Assembly: GCA_028714455.1 (NCBI GenBank)
Contig: JAQTMG010000002.1
Coordinates: 102,047 to 166,046, forward strand
DNA length: 64,000 nt
Direction: 5' to 3'
DNA from: Patescibacteria group bacterium
GTDB taxonomy: Bacteria; Patescibacteriota; Patescibacteriia; CAIXNZ01
Below are positions 47,367 through 57,435 of this stretch, in pieces. The translations under genes and the position numbers were made by a program. A model generated the notes under the pieces. That model had not been told where the DNA came from, did no database searches, and saw only the letters and a program-made list of their open reading frames with translations. How positions within the stretch are numbered: the stretch's first letter is position 1; each line of letters opens with the position of its first letter.

Positions 47367-48446
47367 ATGATAAAAAATAAACAAAAAGTCGCGATTGCCA
47401 TGAGCGGGGGAGTTGATTCATCAGTGGCCGCTGCTCTGCTAAAAAAACAGGGCTACCAAGTCATTGGTATTTTTATGCATTTCTGGTCAGATCCGCATTA
47501 CGCACAAAAACAAACCATGGCCAATAAATGCTGCTCTGTTGACGCTAAAAATGACGCCCGCCGAGTTGCCGAAAAGTTGGACATACCCTTATACACAATT
47601 AACCTTGATCAAGATTTCAAAAAATACATCGTGGACAATTTCTTGGATCAATATAAAAAAGGTTTTACGCCAAATCCTTGCGTGCGCTGCAATGAATTTA
47701 TTAAATTCGGATTATTTTGGAAAAAAGCCCAATCGCTTGGCTGTGATTTTATCTCAACTGGCCATTATGCCAAAATCAAAAAAGATAAAAATGGTTTTCA
47801 CTTACTTGAAGCCAAAGATAAATCAAAAGATCAATCATATTTCCTATATCGCCTAAATCAAGAGGTTTTAGCGCATTGTTTATTTCCGCTCGGTGATTTA
47901 GAAAAAACAGAAGTCAGAAAAATCGCCCAAAAAATGAAATTACCGGTCTTTGCCAAAAAGGATTCACAAGAGATTTGTTTTATACAAGAAAAAAACCCGA
48001 CTGAATTTTTAAAACGCTATTTAAAACCAAGGGCAGGGGATATTGTTTCAACCGAGGGGAAAAAAATGGGCCAACACCTGGGTTTGCCATTTTATACCAT
48101 TGGCCAAAGAAAAGGGCTGGGTTTAAGCGGCGGCCCCTGGTATGTCGTTGGGATGAACGCCAAAAAAAATCAAATCATTATCACTGCCAATCCGAGACAT
48201 CCTCGACTTTATAATGATATAATGAAAGTAACTAAAATCAGCTGGACAAATAAGCAGCCGAAATTACCGCTTCGTGTTTTTGTCAAAATCCGTTCCATGA
48301 ACAAAAAACAAGCCGGTGTTTTAAAAAAAGCAGGCAAATATTTTCAAATCAAATTTAAAAATAAACAAAGAGCCATCACGCCTGGCCAATCAGCCGTTTT
48401 TTATTTAAAAAATGAGGCGCTCGGCGGCGGCCTAATTTCAAAATAA
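47367..48446 (+). CDS. mnmA: tRNA-specific 2-thiouridylase MnmA
   Basis: PP-loop SGGVDSS and conserved Cys residues. Confidence 0.85.
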   Translation: MIKNKQKVAIAMSGGVDSSVAAALLKKQGYQVIGIFMHFWSDPHYAQKQTMANKCCSVDAKNDARRVAEKLDIPLYTINLDQDFKKYIVDNFLDQYKKGFTPNPCVRCNEFIKFGLFWKKAQSLGCDFISTGHYAKIKKDKNGFHLLEAKDKSKDQSYFLYRLNQEVLAHCLFPLGDLEKTEVRKIAQKMKLPVFAKKDSQEICFIQEKNPTEFLKRYLKPRAGDIVSTEGKKMGQHLGLPFYTIGQRKGLGLSGGPWYVVGMNAKKNQIIITANPRHPRLYNDIMKVTKISWTNKQPKLPLRVFVKIRSMNKKQAGVLKKAGKYFQIKFKNKQRAITPGQSAVFYLKNEALGGGLISK

Positions 48447-49609
48447 TGAATTCTATCAAAACCAAAAAAATTATCGGACTTTTACTGGCCACGCTGTTCA
48501 TGGCCGTCAGCCTGGCCCAGCTCGCCTATATCCAGTCAACATTTTTAAACCAATATTTCACCCTGGAATTTGTGGGTATAGTTTTTTTTATTTCATATCT
48601 GCTGACGTTTTTTGCCATCAACGGCTACCCGAATTTGATAGCAAAACTGGGTAACCTCAAAACTGTAATCATCGCCATTGTTTTAGAAATATTGAGCTTG
48701 GCGATGTTTATTTATCTGCCAAGGCCAGAGTGGATTTTTATTGGGACAATAATTTACGTGATAGCTATAAATTTAATCGGAATTAACTACGATATTTTTC
48801 TTGAGGCTTACACCGCCAATACTAAAACTGGCAAAATTCGCGGGCTTTATTATACAATTTACAATTTAGGCTGGCTGGCCTCTCCCTTTTTCACTAGTTT
48901 AATTTTCGAAAAATACGGCTTTAACCTGATTTTTGGCATTATAATTTTTCTTTCCGTAATTTTCCTGGCGATTTTATCATTCAGTTTTTTTAATTTTAAA
49001 ATTAATTATCCAAAAAACTATTTTAACTTCAGAAAAACATTTGCCGCTCTCGGAAAAAACAAGGACATGCAGAGAATTTTTTTCATCGCCCTTCTGCTGC
49101 AAATTTTTTATGCCATTATGGTCGTCTACGCTCCTTTGTATTTGAGCGAATACATGGGGCTGTCCTGGACGCAGATAGGCATTATTTTTACTGTCATGCT
49201 TTTGCCCTTTGTATTTTTACAATATCCGGCTGGCTATCTGGCCGATAAATATTGGGGCGAAAAAGAGATGATGACGGCTGGCCTGGTGATTATGGCGATT
49301 TTTTCCATTGCCATATTCTTTATTGATACGCCGACTCTGTGGGTCTGGGCCCTGATATTGTTTTTGGGCAGAGTGGGGGCGAGTCTGACTGAAATAATGA
49401 GAGATACTTATTTTTTTAAAAAAGTTGATTCGACAAATATCGACATGATAAACGCCTTTCGTTCAACCACGCCGCTGGCTTATTTAATCGCGCCAATCGG
49501 CGCCAGCCTGACTTTATACCTGCTGCCGTTTAATTATCTATTTCTGATCCTAGGCCTGTTTTTGACAAGCGGCCTGACAGTATCCCTAATGATTCGGGAT
49601 ACAAAATAA
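48446..49609 (+). CDS. MFS-type transporter
   Basis: About twelve transmembrane helices. Confidence 0.6.
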   Translation: MNSIKTKKIIGLLLATLFMAVSLAQLAYIQSTFLNQYFTLEFVGIVFFISYLLTFFAINGYPNLIAKLGNLKTVIIAIVLEILSLAMFIYLPRPEWIFIGTIIYVIAINLIGINYDIFLEAYTANTKTGKIRGLYYTIYNLGWLASPFFTSLIFEKYGFNLIFGIIIFLSVIFLAILSFSFFNFKINYPKNYFNFRKTFAALGKNKDMQRIFFIALLLQIFYAIMVVYAPLYLSEYMGLSWTQIGIIFTVMLLPFVFLQYPAGYLADKYWGEKEMMTAGLVIMAIFSIAIFFIDTPTLWVWALILFLGRVGASLTEIMRDTYFFKKVDSTNIDMINAFRSTTPLAYLIAPIGASLTLYLLPFNYLFLILGLFLTSGLTVSLMIRDTK

Positions 49610-49689
49610 TACATAAAAAAATATTATAAACTATAAACCTTCGAGAAATCGCAGGTTTATTTATAAATTCAATGCTCAAGCCGTGCTTA

Positions 49690-49790
49690 CTGTTCACTGG
49701 GGTTTGGGGGCGCAACTAACCTACGTTAGCCGTAACTAACTTCGGTTAGCGAAGGCTAAGCGTCTATTTGCATTTGCGACCCCAAAACTT
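49690..49790 (+). other. GC-rich tandem-hairpin element upstream of alaS
   Basis: CTAAC-CTAC-GTTAG and CTAAC-TTCG-GTTAG hairpins nested within outer pairing GGGGTTTGGGG...CCCCAAAAC. Confidence 0.35.
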
Positions 49791-49866
49791 TTTGGTTCTT
49801 TTTGGTTACAAAAAGAACGAAGGTTAAATTCTTGCTAAAATTGCTAAAATTCTATACAATTTGAAT

Positions 49867-51681
49867 ATGACAGCTAAAGAATTGCGTGAAAAATACATCA
49901 ATTTTTTTCTCTCTAAAGGGCATAAGCACATACCCAGCGCTTCTTTAATTCCGGAAAATGATCCTTCGGTTTTGTTCACCACGGCTGGCATGCATCCGCT
50001 GGTACCATATTTAATGGGTGAAATTCACCCGGGCGGTAAAAAAGTCGTTGATATTCAAAAATGCATCAGAACCTCTGATATTGACGAGGTGGGCGATAAT
50101 CGTCACTTAACTTTTTTTGAAATGATGGGCAATTGGTCCTTTGGCGATTATTTTAAAAAAGAGGCGATTGAATGGAGCTGGGAATTTTTAACTGGCTCAA
50201 AATGGCTCGGCCTTGATCCGCAAAGAATTTATGTCACGGTTTTCAAAGGCGAAGAGGGAATTCCAAAAGATGACGAATCATTAAAAATCTGGCAGAATAT
50301 TTTTAAAAAAGAGGGAATAACTCACGAAATTGCCAAAAATGAAAAAATTGATGACACAACCAGAATCATTCCGTTAGGCAAAGAAGATAATTTTTGGATT
50401 GCTGGCGCAACCGGACCCTGCGGCGCAGACACTGAAATGTTTTACGATATAAATCCACAAGCAGGTCCTCTTGATGGCAAATTCAACGAATTAGTGAAAT
50501 CAGGCCGCTTGATTGAAATCTGGAATGATGTGTTCATGGAATTTGATAAGACGGCCGAGGGCAAATATGTGCCGCTCAAACAACAAAATGTGGATACTGG
50601 CATGGGCCTGGAACGAACAATAACTGTGCTCAATGGCTTTGACAATGTTTTTCAAACAGAATTTTTCCAGCCGCTCTTTAAGGAGATTGAAAAACTTTCG
50701 GGAAAAAAATATGCTGATGATGAAAATACCCGCGCTTTTAGGATAATTGCCGACCACATTAAAGCCGCTGCCTTCATTTTAGCCGACCCCAAAGGCATTA
50801 CGCCATCAAATGTTGATCGTGGCTATGTTCTCCGCCGTTTAATCCGCCGCGCTGTCAGATACGGAAAATTGCTTGGCATCAAAGATATTTTTACTTTCAA
50901 AATTGCCGAGCATGTCATTAAAATGTACCAGGATACTTATCCCGAACTTCATGAAAATAAAAATTTCATAATAAACCAATTAACTCTGGAGGAAGAAAAA
51001 TTTGATAAGACCATAAATAATGGCATGAAAGAATTCGAAAAAATAAGCCATGACAAAAACATTTCAGGCAAAGAAGCTTTTGTTCTTTTTTCCACCTATG
51101 GCTTTCCATTTGAAATGACAAAGGAAATAGCGCAGGAGAAAGGCATTAAAATAAATGAAAAAGAATTTGATGACGAGTTTAAAAAGCATCAAGAACTTTC
51201 CCGCACGGCTTCGGCTGGCATGTTTAAGGGCGGTTTGGCCGATACTTCAGATGAAACCAAAAAACTACACACGGCCGCTCATTTGATGTTGGCAGCGCTA
51301 AGAAAGGTGTTGGGGCCCGATGTTTATCAAAAGGGAAGTAATATCACAGCCGAGCGCTTAAGGTTTGATTTTAGCTATGATAAGAAGATGACACCCGAAC
51401 AAATTAAGGAAGTTGAAGATCTTGTTAATGAAAAAATAAAGGAAAAAATACCGGTTAAAATGGAAGAAATGGATACGGAAAAAGCCAAAAAAGAAGGCGC
51501 CACGGGTGTTTTTGGCCATAAATACGGCGATAGGGTAAAAGTGTATACAATAGGTAACTTTAGCCAAGAAATATGCGGCGGTCCGCATGCTGAAAATACC
51601 TCGGAATTGGGTCATTTTCACATTCAAAAGGAGGAGAGCTCCTCGGCTGGCGTTCGCCGAATCAAGGCAATCCTTGGCTAA
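49867..51681 (+). CDS. alaS: alanyl-tRNA synthetase, short form lacking the C-Ala domain
   Basis: Class II catalytic core. Editing motifs HTAAHLM and CGGPH near the C-terminus. About 604 aa. Confidence 0.8.
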   Translation: MTAKELREKYINFFLSKGHKHIPSASLIPENDPSVLFTTAGMHPLVPYLMGEIHPGGKKVVDIQKCIRTSDIDEVGDNRHLTFFEMMGNWSFGDYFKKEAIEWSWEFLTGSKWLGLDPQRIYVTVFKGEEGIPKDDESLKIWQNIFKKEGITHEIAKNEKIDDTTRIIPLGKEDNFWIAGATGPCGADTEMFYDINPQAGPLDGKFNELVKSGRLIEIWNDVFMEFDKTAEGKYVPLKQQNVDTGMGLERTITVLNGFDNVFQTEFFQPLFKEIEKLSGKKYADDENTRAFRIIADHIKAAAFILADPKGITPSNVDRGYVLRRLIRRAVRYGKLLGIKDIFTFKIAEHVIKMYQDTYPELHENKNFIINQLTLEEEKFDKTINNGMKEFEKISHDKNISGKEAFVLFSTYGFPFEMTKEIAQEKGIKINEKEFDDEFKKHQELSRTASAGMFKGGLADTSDETKKLHTAAHLMLAALRKVLGPDVYQKGSNITAERLRFDFSYDKKMTPEQIKEVEDLVNEKIKEKIPVKMEEMDTEKAKKEGATGVFGHKYGDRVKVYTIGNFSQEICGGPHAENTSELGHFHIQKEESSSAGVRRIKAILG

Positions 51682-51835
51682 AACTTGACATTTTATTTAA
51701 TTCCTATATAATTCAGTTATATAATTTTTAATCAAAATTATAGGTATACAAATTAACAAATCGATTTTTTGCAAAAGATTCTTGCAAAGAATCCTTTTTT
51801 TTGTTATTATCTAAAAACGCCAAAAAAAACAAACT

Positions 51836-52072
51836 ATGGCTGAAAACGAAAACACTAAGGCCAGCAAAAATTTTATCGAAATGAGGGGTAGGGTTGAAGA
51901 ACTCTTGCCAGCGGGCAGCTTTAAGATAAAATTGGAAAATGGCCAGGAAATTCTGGGTTTTCTTTCCGGCAAGATGAGAATGAACAAGATCAGAATTTTG
52001 CCGGGCGACGAGGTAAGAGTTGAGATGACGCCCTACGATTTATCCAAGGGAAGAGTTGTCTATAGATATTAA
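51836..52072 (+). CDS. infA: translation initiation factor IF-1
   Basis: S1-like OB fold, ending GRVVYRY. Confidence 0.85.
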   Translation: MAENENTKASKNFIEMRGRVEELLPAGSFKIKLENGQEILGFLSGKMRMNKIRILPGDEVRVEMTPYDLSKGRVVYRY

Positions 52073-52112
52073 ATAATTAAGGAAAATATTTTTAAAATAT
52101 TTTTTTATTTTT

Positions 52113-52229
52113 ATGAAAGTTAGAGCATCGGTCAGACCAAGATGCAGAGATTGCAAAGTCATCAGACGAAAAAAACGCGTCTGGGTAATTTGCAAAAGTC
52201 ACCCTAAGCACAAACAGCGCCAGGGCTAA
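52113..52229 (+). CDS. rpmJ: ribosomal protein L36
   Basis: [38 protein letters not shown]. Not in the ORF track because it is under 60 aa. Confidence 0.85.
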   Translation: MKVRASVRPRCRDCKVIRRKKRVWVICKSHPKHKQRQG

Positions 52230-52283
52230 CTTTTTATATTCCAATCCCTAATTTACTAATTACCAATTACTAATAACCAAGAT

Positions 52284-52676
52284 ATGCCAATCCGTATCGC
52301 TGGCGTCACAATTCCACAAGATAAAAGAATAGTTATTGCTTTAACCTATATTTATGGTATTGGCGATTCTTCTGCCGAAAAAATACTTAAAGCTCTTAAA
52401 ATTAACCCGGATACAAAAGCCAAAGACGTCACGGCCGACGAAGAGAGTAGGATTCGTGAGTATCTTAAGGATAATTTTAAATTAGAGGGTGATTTGAGAA
52501 GAGAGGTTTTGACCAACATTAAACGATTAAAAGAAATCAAAAGTTATAGAGGTAACAGACACGAAAGACATTTACCTTCTCGCGGACAAAGAACTAAAAC
52601 AAACTCCAGAACGGTTCGCGGCAACAAAAGAGTTACTCTGGGCAGCGGCAGAAAACCGTCAGCGCAGAAAACATAA
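52284..52676 (+). CDS. rpsM: ribosomal protein S13
   Basis: [11 protein letters not shown]...YIYGIG. Confidence 0.9.
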   Translation: MPIRIAGVTIPQDKRIVIALTYIYGIGDSSAEKILKALKINPDTKAKDVTADEESRIREYLKDNFKLEGDLRREVLTNIKRLKEIKSYRGNRHERHLPSRGQRTKTNSRTVRGNKRVTLGSGRKPSAQKT

Positions 52677-52685
52677 TTTTCCAAT

Positions 52686-53222
52686 ATGGCAGAAACTACA
52701 AAAAAAGATAAGAAAGAAAAAGAAGTTGTCAAAGAAGTTGCTAAAGAAGAAAAGGTTGAAAAACAGCCCGAGATTAAAATTGAAAAAAAAATCGAAGAGC
52801 CGTCTTTATCGGCAGAACCAAAGGATGAAAAGGAAAAAACCGGCAAGGTTTTCAGAAAAAAGAAAAATATCAGGCAGATAACTCATGGCCGAGCTTATAT
52901 TCAGGCGACATATAATAACACAATCATTACTTTGACCGATTTAAACGGCAATGTTTTATCATGGTCAAGCGCCGGCCAAAACGGCTTCAAGGGCCCAAAA
53001 AAATCGACTCCTTATGCCGCTTCGGTGATTGTTAAAGACGCCGTTGATAAAGCCAGCGTTTATGGATTAAAAAATGTTAACGCTTTTGTTAAGGGTGTCG
53101 GTTCTGGTCGCGAAGCAGCTGTCAGAGCTTTGAATACTTATGGCATAAATGTAATTTCCATTAAAGATATTACGCCGATTCCGCATAACGGCTGCCGCGC
53201 TAGAAAACCGCGCCGAATCTAA
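52686..53222 (+). CDS. rpsK: ribosomal protein S11 with a roughly 50-aa Lys/Glu-rich N-terminal extension
   Basis: S11 core GRAYIQATYNNTIITLTD. N-terminal KE-rich extension. Confidence 0.85.
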   Translation: MAETTKKDKKEKEVVKEVAKEEKVEKQPEIKIEKKIEEPSLSAEPKDEKEKTGKVFRKKKNIRQITHGRAYIQATYNNTIITLTDLNGNVLSWSSAGQNGFKGPKKSTPYAASVIVKDAVDKASVYGLKNVNAFVKGVGSGREAAVRALNTYGINVISIKDITPIPHNGCRARKPRRI

Positions 53223-53244
53223 TTCAAATTCTGAATCAAATAAA

Positions 53245-53871
53245 ATGGCAAGAAATCTAAATCCAAAATGTAAGCAATGCCGAAGAGAGGGTGTCAAGCT
53301 TTTTCTCAAAGGTGATCGTTGTTCAACCCCCAAATGCGCCATGGTTAAAAGAAATTTTCCACCGGGCGTTCATGGCGGCAAGGGTTATCCGAGAAGCACT
53401 TCTTATGGTTTAGAATTGCGAGAAAAACAAAAAGCCAAGAGGATCTACAGAATTTTAGAAGCCCAATTCAGCAAATATTTCGTGCAGGCCACGAAGTCAA
53501 AAGGCAATACCGAGGAGGTGATGTTCCAGCTATTAGAAATGCGCTTTGATAATGTCGTCTACCGAGCCGGCTTGGCTAAGTCAAGGGATCTGGCCAGACA
53601 GCTGATTTCTCATAAACATTTTACAATCAATGGCAAAAGGGTAAATATCCCTTCTTATAAGGTTAAAGTTGGCGATGTTATCGGCATTAAAGAAAATAGC
53701 AAAAGTTCCAAAGTTTTTGACAGTATCAAGGAACAGATCAAAAAAATAGAAGGTGTCTCCTGGCTTTCGATTGACCCGGAAAAGCTTGAGATCAAGGTGG
53801 TCGACAAACCAAAACTCGCGGAGCTGAAGGAATTTAATCCCAAACTAATAGTCGAATTTTATTCAAAATAA
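53245..53871 (+). CDS. rpsD: ribosomal protein S4
   Basis: N-terminal zinc-ribbon-like C-x2-C...C and an S4 domain. Confidence 0.9.
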   Translation: MARNLNPKCKQCRREGVKLFLKGDRCSTPKCAMVKRNFPPGVHGGKGYPRSTSYGLELREKQKAKRIYRILEAQFSKYFVQATKSKGNTEEVMFQLLEMRFDNVVYRAGLAKSRDLARQLISHKHFTINGKRVNIPSYKVKVGDVIGIKENSKSSKVFDSIKEQIKKIEGVSWLSIDPEKLEIKVVDKPKLAELKEFNPKLIVEFYSK

Positions 53872-53901
53872 AAATAAATTTTAAGATTAAATTATTTTTT
53901 T

Positions 53902-54684
53902 ATGGAAAATCTCTTCTTACCGACCAAAATTGAGTTAAAAAAGGGCGAAGGAGCCAACGAGGGCATTTTGGTTATTGAGCCGCTATTTCATGGTTATGGC
54001 ACAACCATCGGCAATGCTTTGAGAAGAGTTTTATTGTCGTCACTGCCAGGCGCCGCCGTCACTTCATTTAAAATCAAAGGGGCTACGCACGAATTTTCAG
54101 CCGTTAAGGGAATATACGAGGATGTTCTTGAAATTGTATTAAACTTAAAACAGCTTCGCTTAAAGATGTACGTTGATGAACCGGTTGTCTTAAAACTTGT
54201 TAAAAAGGGCGAAGGTGAAGTAACCGGAGCCGATATTGAAAAAAATTCTAGCGTGGAAATTTTTAATCCAGAAATGAAAATCGCGACCATTACGGAAAAG
54301 GGCGCGGAATTAAACATGGAAATTACCGTTGAAAAAGGACTTGGCTTTGAACCAACCGAAAACAGAGATAAGACAAAACTGCCGGTCGGAGCCATCGCCA
54401 TTGATGCCATTTATACGCCGCTAAAGGACATCGGCTTTAAAGTCGAAGATACTCGCGTGGGCCAAATCACCAACTTTGACAAATTGACCATGGATATCAA
54501 GACCGACGGCACTATCACCCCGTCATACGCGATCAACTATGCCGCCAAACTGCTAATCGATCATTTTACTTTATTAACTAAGGAAGAAAATATTCCAGTT
54601 GAGACAGCCGTCAAAGAATCGGCCGAAGAAAAACCGGCCAAAAAGGCTAAGAAAGCGCCCAAGGCCAAAAAGGCTAAGAAATAA
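53902..54684 (+). CDS. rpoA: RNA polymerase alpha subunit, N-terminal domain only, with a Lys-rich tail
   Basis: Alpha NTD motifs. Ends KPAKKAKKAPKAKKAKK with no alpha-CTD. Confidence 0.8.
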   Translation: MENLFLPTKIELKKGEGANEGILVIEPLFHGYGTTIGNALRRVLLSSLPGAAVTSFKIKGATHEFSAVKGIYEDVLEIVLNLKQLRLKMYVDEPVVLKLVKKGEGEVTGADIEKNSSVEIFNPEMKIATITEKGAELNMEITVEKGLGFEPTENRDKTKLPVGAIAIDAIYTPLKDIGFKVEDTRVGQITNFDKLTMDIKTDGTITPSYAINYAAKLLIDHFTLLTKEENIPVETAVKESAEEKPAKKAKKAPKAKKAKK

Positions 54685-54686
54685 AT

Positions 54687-55037
54687 ATGAGACACAGGAA
54701 TAAGACAAAAATTTTGGATCGCAAAAAAGCAGCCAGAAAAGCGCTCATGAGAGGACTGGCGACGAATTTTATTTTACACGAAAAAATCAAAACGACTATG
54801 GCTAAGGCTAAAGCTCTGCGGCCATACGTTGAAAAACTTATTACCAAAGGCCGAAAGAACGATTTGAATACCAGAAGACAGCTCCTAAAGGTTTTATACA
54901 AAGAAAACGCAGTTAAAAAGGTTCTGGAAGTCCTTAGCCCGCGTTATAAAGAAAGAAATGGCGGCTATACCAGGATTATCAAGCTTGGCAGTAGGCAAGG
55001 GGATTCAGCCAAAATGGCAATTATTGAATTTGTTTAA
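54687..55037 (+). CDS. rplQ: ribosomal protein L17
   Basis: MRHRNKTKILDRKKAARKAL. Confidence 0.9.
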   Translation: MRHRNKTKILDRKKAARKALMRGLATNFILHEKIKTTMAKAKALRPYVEKLITKGRKNDLNTRRQLLKVLYKENAVKKVLEVLSPRYKERNGGYTRIIKLGSRQGDSAKMAIIEFV

Positions 55038-55038
55038 T

Positions 55039-55413
55039 ATGAAAACTACTAATTTGAACGTAAAAACTGAAAGAAAAATTCAGACCATAGATGCGACCAA
55101 CCAGTCCGTAGGCAGATTAGCCTCGCAGATTGCCAGATTACTAATTGGCAAACATAAGGTTGGCTATACGGCGCACATTGATGATGGTGATTTTGTCGTA
55201 GTCACTAACGCTGGCAAACTACTTTTTACGGGCAATAAACTGCAACAAAAAACATACAAACATCACTCTGGCTATCCAGGCGGACTTAAGGAAACTAAAA
55301 TGAAAAAAGTCTACGGTGAAAATCCTGGTCAGGTAATAAAAAAAGCCGTGGATAATATGTTACCTAAAAACAGGCACCGCAAAGAGTTGTTAAAAAGATT
55401 GACAATCAAATAA
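55039..55413 (+). CDS. rplM: ribosomal protein L13
   Basis: L13 core. Start taken at MKTTNL rather than the longer ORF-track start. Confidence 0.8.
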   Translation: MKTTNLNVKTERKIQTIDATNQSVGRLASQIARLLIGKHKVGYTAHIDDGDFVVVTNAGKLLFTGNKLQQKTYKHHSGYPGGLKETKMKKVYGENPGQVIKKAVDNMLPKNRHRKELLKRLTIK

Positions 55414-55415
55414 TT

Positions 55416-55847
55416 ATGGAAAAAACAGCAACTAAAAATAAAGAGAACACCAAAGAATCTGGAAAATACTTTTTCGCCATCGGCCGAAGAAAATGCTCTA
55501 TCGCCAGAGTTAAATTGTTTTTGAAAGGCAAGGGTGAAATAATGATTAACGGCAAAAAATCAACTGATTATTTACCCGATTACGTGCTTCAAGAAATAAT
55601 TCACGCTCCGCTCAAGCTTGCTAATTTAGAGAAAGCTGATATTATCGTCTCTACTAATGGTGGCGGCAAGACTGGCCAGGCAGAAGCGATAAGATTGGGC
55701 ATTTCCCGCGCCCTGGTTTTACTTGATAAAGAACTTCGCAAAACCCTGAAGGTCGCTGGCTTTTTAAAACGCGATCCCCGAATCAAAGAAAGAAAGAAGC
55801 CGGGCCTTAAGAGAGCAAGAAGAGCACCCCAATGGCAAAAAAGGTAG
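55416..55847 (+). CDS. rpsI: ribosomal protein S9
   Basis: S9 core, C-terminus ends in KR. Confidence 0.9.
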   Translation: MEKTATKNKENTKESGKYFFAIGRRKCSIARVKLFLKGKGEIMINGKKSTDYLPDYVLQEIIHAPLKLANLEKADIIVSTNGGGKTGQAEAIRLGISRALVLLDKELRKTLKVAGFLKRDPRIKERKKPGLKRARRAPQWQKR

Positions 55848-55881
55848 GGTTATACAAGCAAAAGATAAAACCTGCAATATA

Positions 55882-55905
55882 TTATTCAAAAGCCCCCGCA
55901 ATCGC
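55882..55905 (+). terminator. intrinsic terminator
   Basis: CCCCCGC-AAT-CGCGAGGG followed by T5. Confidence 0.55.
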
Positions 55906-55959
55906 GAGGGTTTTTGAATTCCATAAATACCTGAAATATGCTAAAATTAGTTTAACGAT

Positions 55960-57435
55960 ATGGTAGAAAAACCCCAAAATATAGCTAAAAATACGACGCT
56001 TTTGACTTCGGCCTATATCTTTCAAAAGATATTTGCCTTTGTTTATTTTACACTCATTGCCAGATGGTTAGGCGCTAGTAATATCGGCGTTTACACCTTT
56101 GCAGTATCTTTTACCACCATTTTAGCTATCTTTATTGATTTCGGCCTTGCCAATGTTTTAATACGCGAGGCAGCCAAATATAAAGAGAGAGCCAACAAGT
56201 ATTTGAATAATATTATTTCCATCAAGCTAATTTTCTCTGTTATAACTTATTTAGCCGCGGTTTTAATAATAAATTTTCTTAACAAGGGAGAACTGACCCT
56301 AACCATGGTCTATTTAGCCGGCATTGCCATGGTCTTGGATTCGTTCACGCTTTGTTTTTGGGCCATTTTCCGCGCTTATCAAAATTTGAAATATGAGGCG
56401 ATTAGCATTGTCATAAACCAGGTATTAATTTTAATCGTGGGTTTGGCCGGCATACTTCTAAAATTTCCTCTTTATATTTTAATCCTGGCGCTTATCACGG
56501 GCAGCGCCTTTAGCTTTTTATATTCGCTGATACTGCTGAAAGTAAAATTACATTTTAAATTTAAGATTGAATTTGACAAACAAATTCTAAAACTGCTTTT
56601 GATTATTGCTGTGCCTTTTGCGCTGGCTGGAATTTTCACCAGAGTTTACGGTTACATTGACCAGGTTCTGCTTTCAATCATGGTGGGGGATAAATATCTG
56701 GGCTGGTATGCCATTGGTTACAAAATAACCTATGCTTTTCAATTTTTGCCAGCTGCTTTTGCGGCCGCCATTTATCCGGCCATGAGCCATGCTTTTGAAT
56801 ACAATAAAGAACGTCTCAAAATAATTTTTGAAAAAGCGCTCTTCCTTTTGATTATTTCCTCGATTCCGGTAGCGACTGGCATCGCTCTTTTGGCCGATAA
56901 AATCATCCTGCACCTTTATACCGTCCAATTCGAACCCTCGATTCTGGCTTTGCAAATTATGATTTTCGGCATTATACCGATCTTTTTAAATTACCCGGTT
57001 GGTTCGCTTTTAAACGCCTGCAACAAACAGACAATCAACACGATCAACTGGGCGATCATAATGGTTATCAATGTCATTCTAAATTTAATCTTGATTCCCA
57101 TGTATCAACATGTCGGAGCTTCGATCGCGGCTCTTTCCACTTTATTTTTATTATTTTTAATGAACCTGCTCTGGGTACCCAAAATTATAAAATATGATTA
57201 CAAATATCTCGGCCTTAAATTATTAAAAACAATAATCTCCGTGGCGATCATGTCTTTATTCGTGCTTTATCTCAAAAATCAGTTAAACTATATTATCGTT
57301 ATTGCTATCGGCGCTATCATTTATATCGCCGCCATGTATCTAATGCGCGGCTTTACCAAGGATGATATAAAATATTTAATCCAAGCGGTTTTCAAAAAAA
57401 CACCATATGAAAAAGAGCTTATTGATAACGAATGA
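55960..57435 (+). CDS. Wzx-like polysaccharide flippase (MOP superfamily)
   Basis: About fourteen transmembrane helices at the head of a glycosyltransferase cluster. Confidence 0.6.
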   Translation: MVEKPQNIAKNTTLLTSAYIFQKIFAFVYFTLIARWLGASNIGVYTFAVSFTTILAIFIDFGLANVLIREAAKYKERANKYLNNIISIKLIFSVITYLAAVLIINFLNKGELTLTMVYLAGIAMVLDSFTLCFWAIFRAYQNLKYEAISIVINQVLILIVGLAGILLKFPLYILILALITGSAFSFLYSLILLKVKLHFKFKIEFDKQILKLLLIIAVPFALAGIFTRVYGYIDQVLLSIMVGDKYLGWYAIGYKITYAFQFLPAAFAAAIYPAMSHAFEYNKERLKIIFEKALFLLIISSIPVATGIALLADKIILHLYTVQFEPSILALQIMIFGIIPIFLNYPVGSLLNACNKQTINTINWAIIMVINVILNLILIPMYQHVGASIAALSTLFLLFLMNLLWVPKIIKYDYKYLGLKLLKTIISVAIMSLFVLYLKNQLNYIIVIAIGAIIYIAAMYLMRGFTKDDIKYLIQAVFKKTPYEKELIDNE

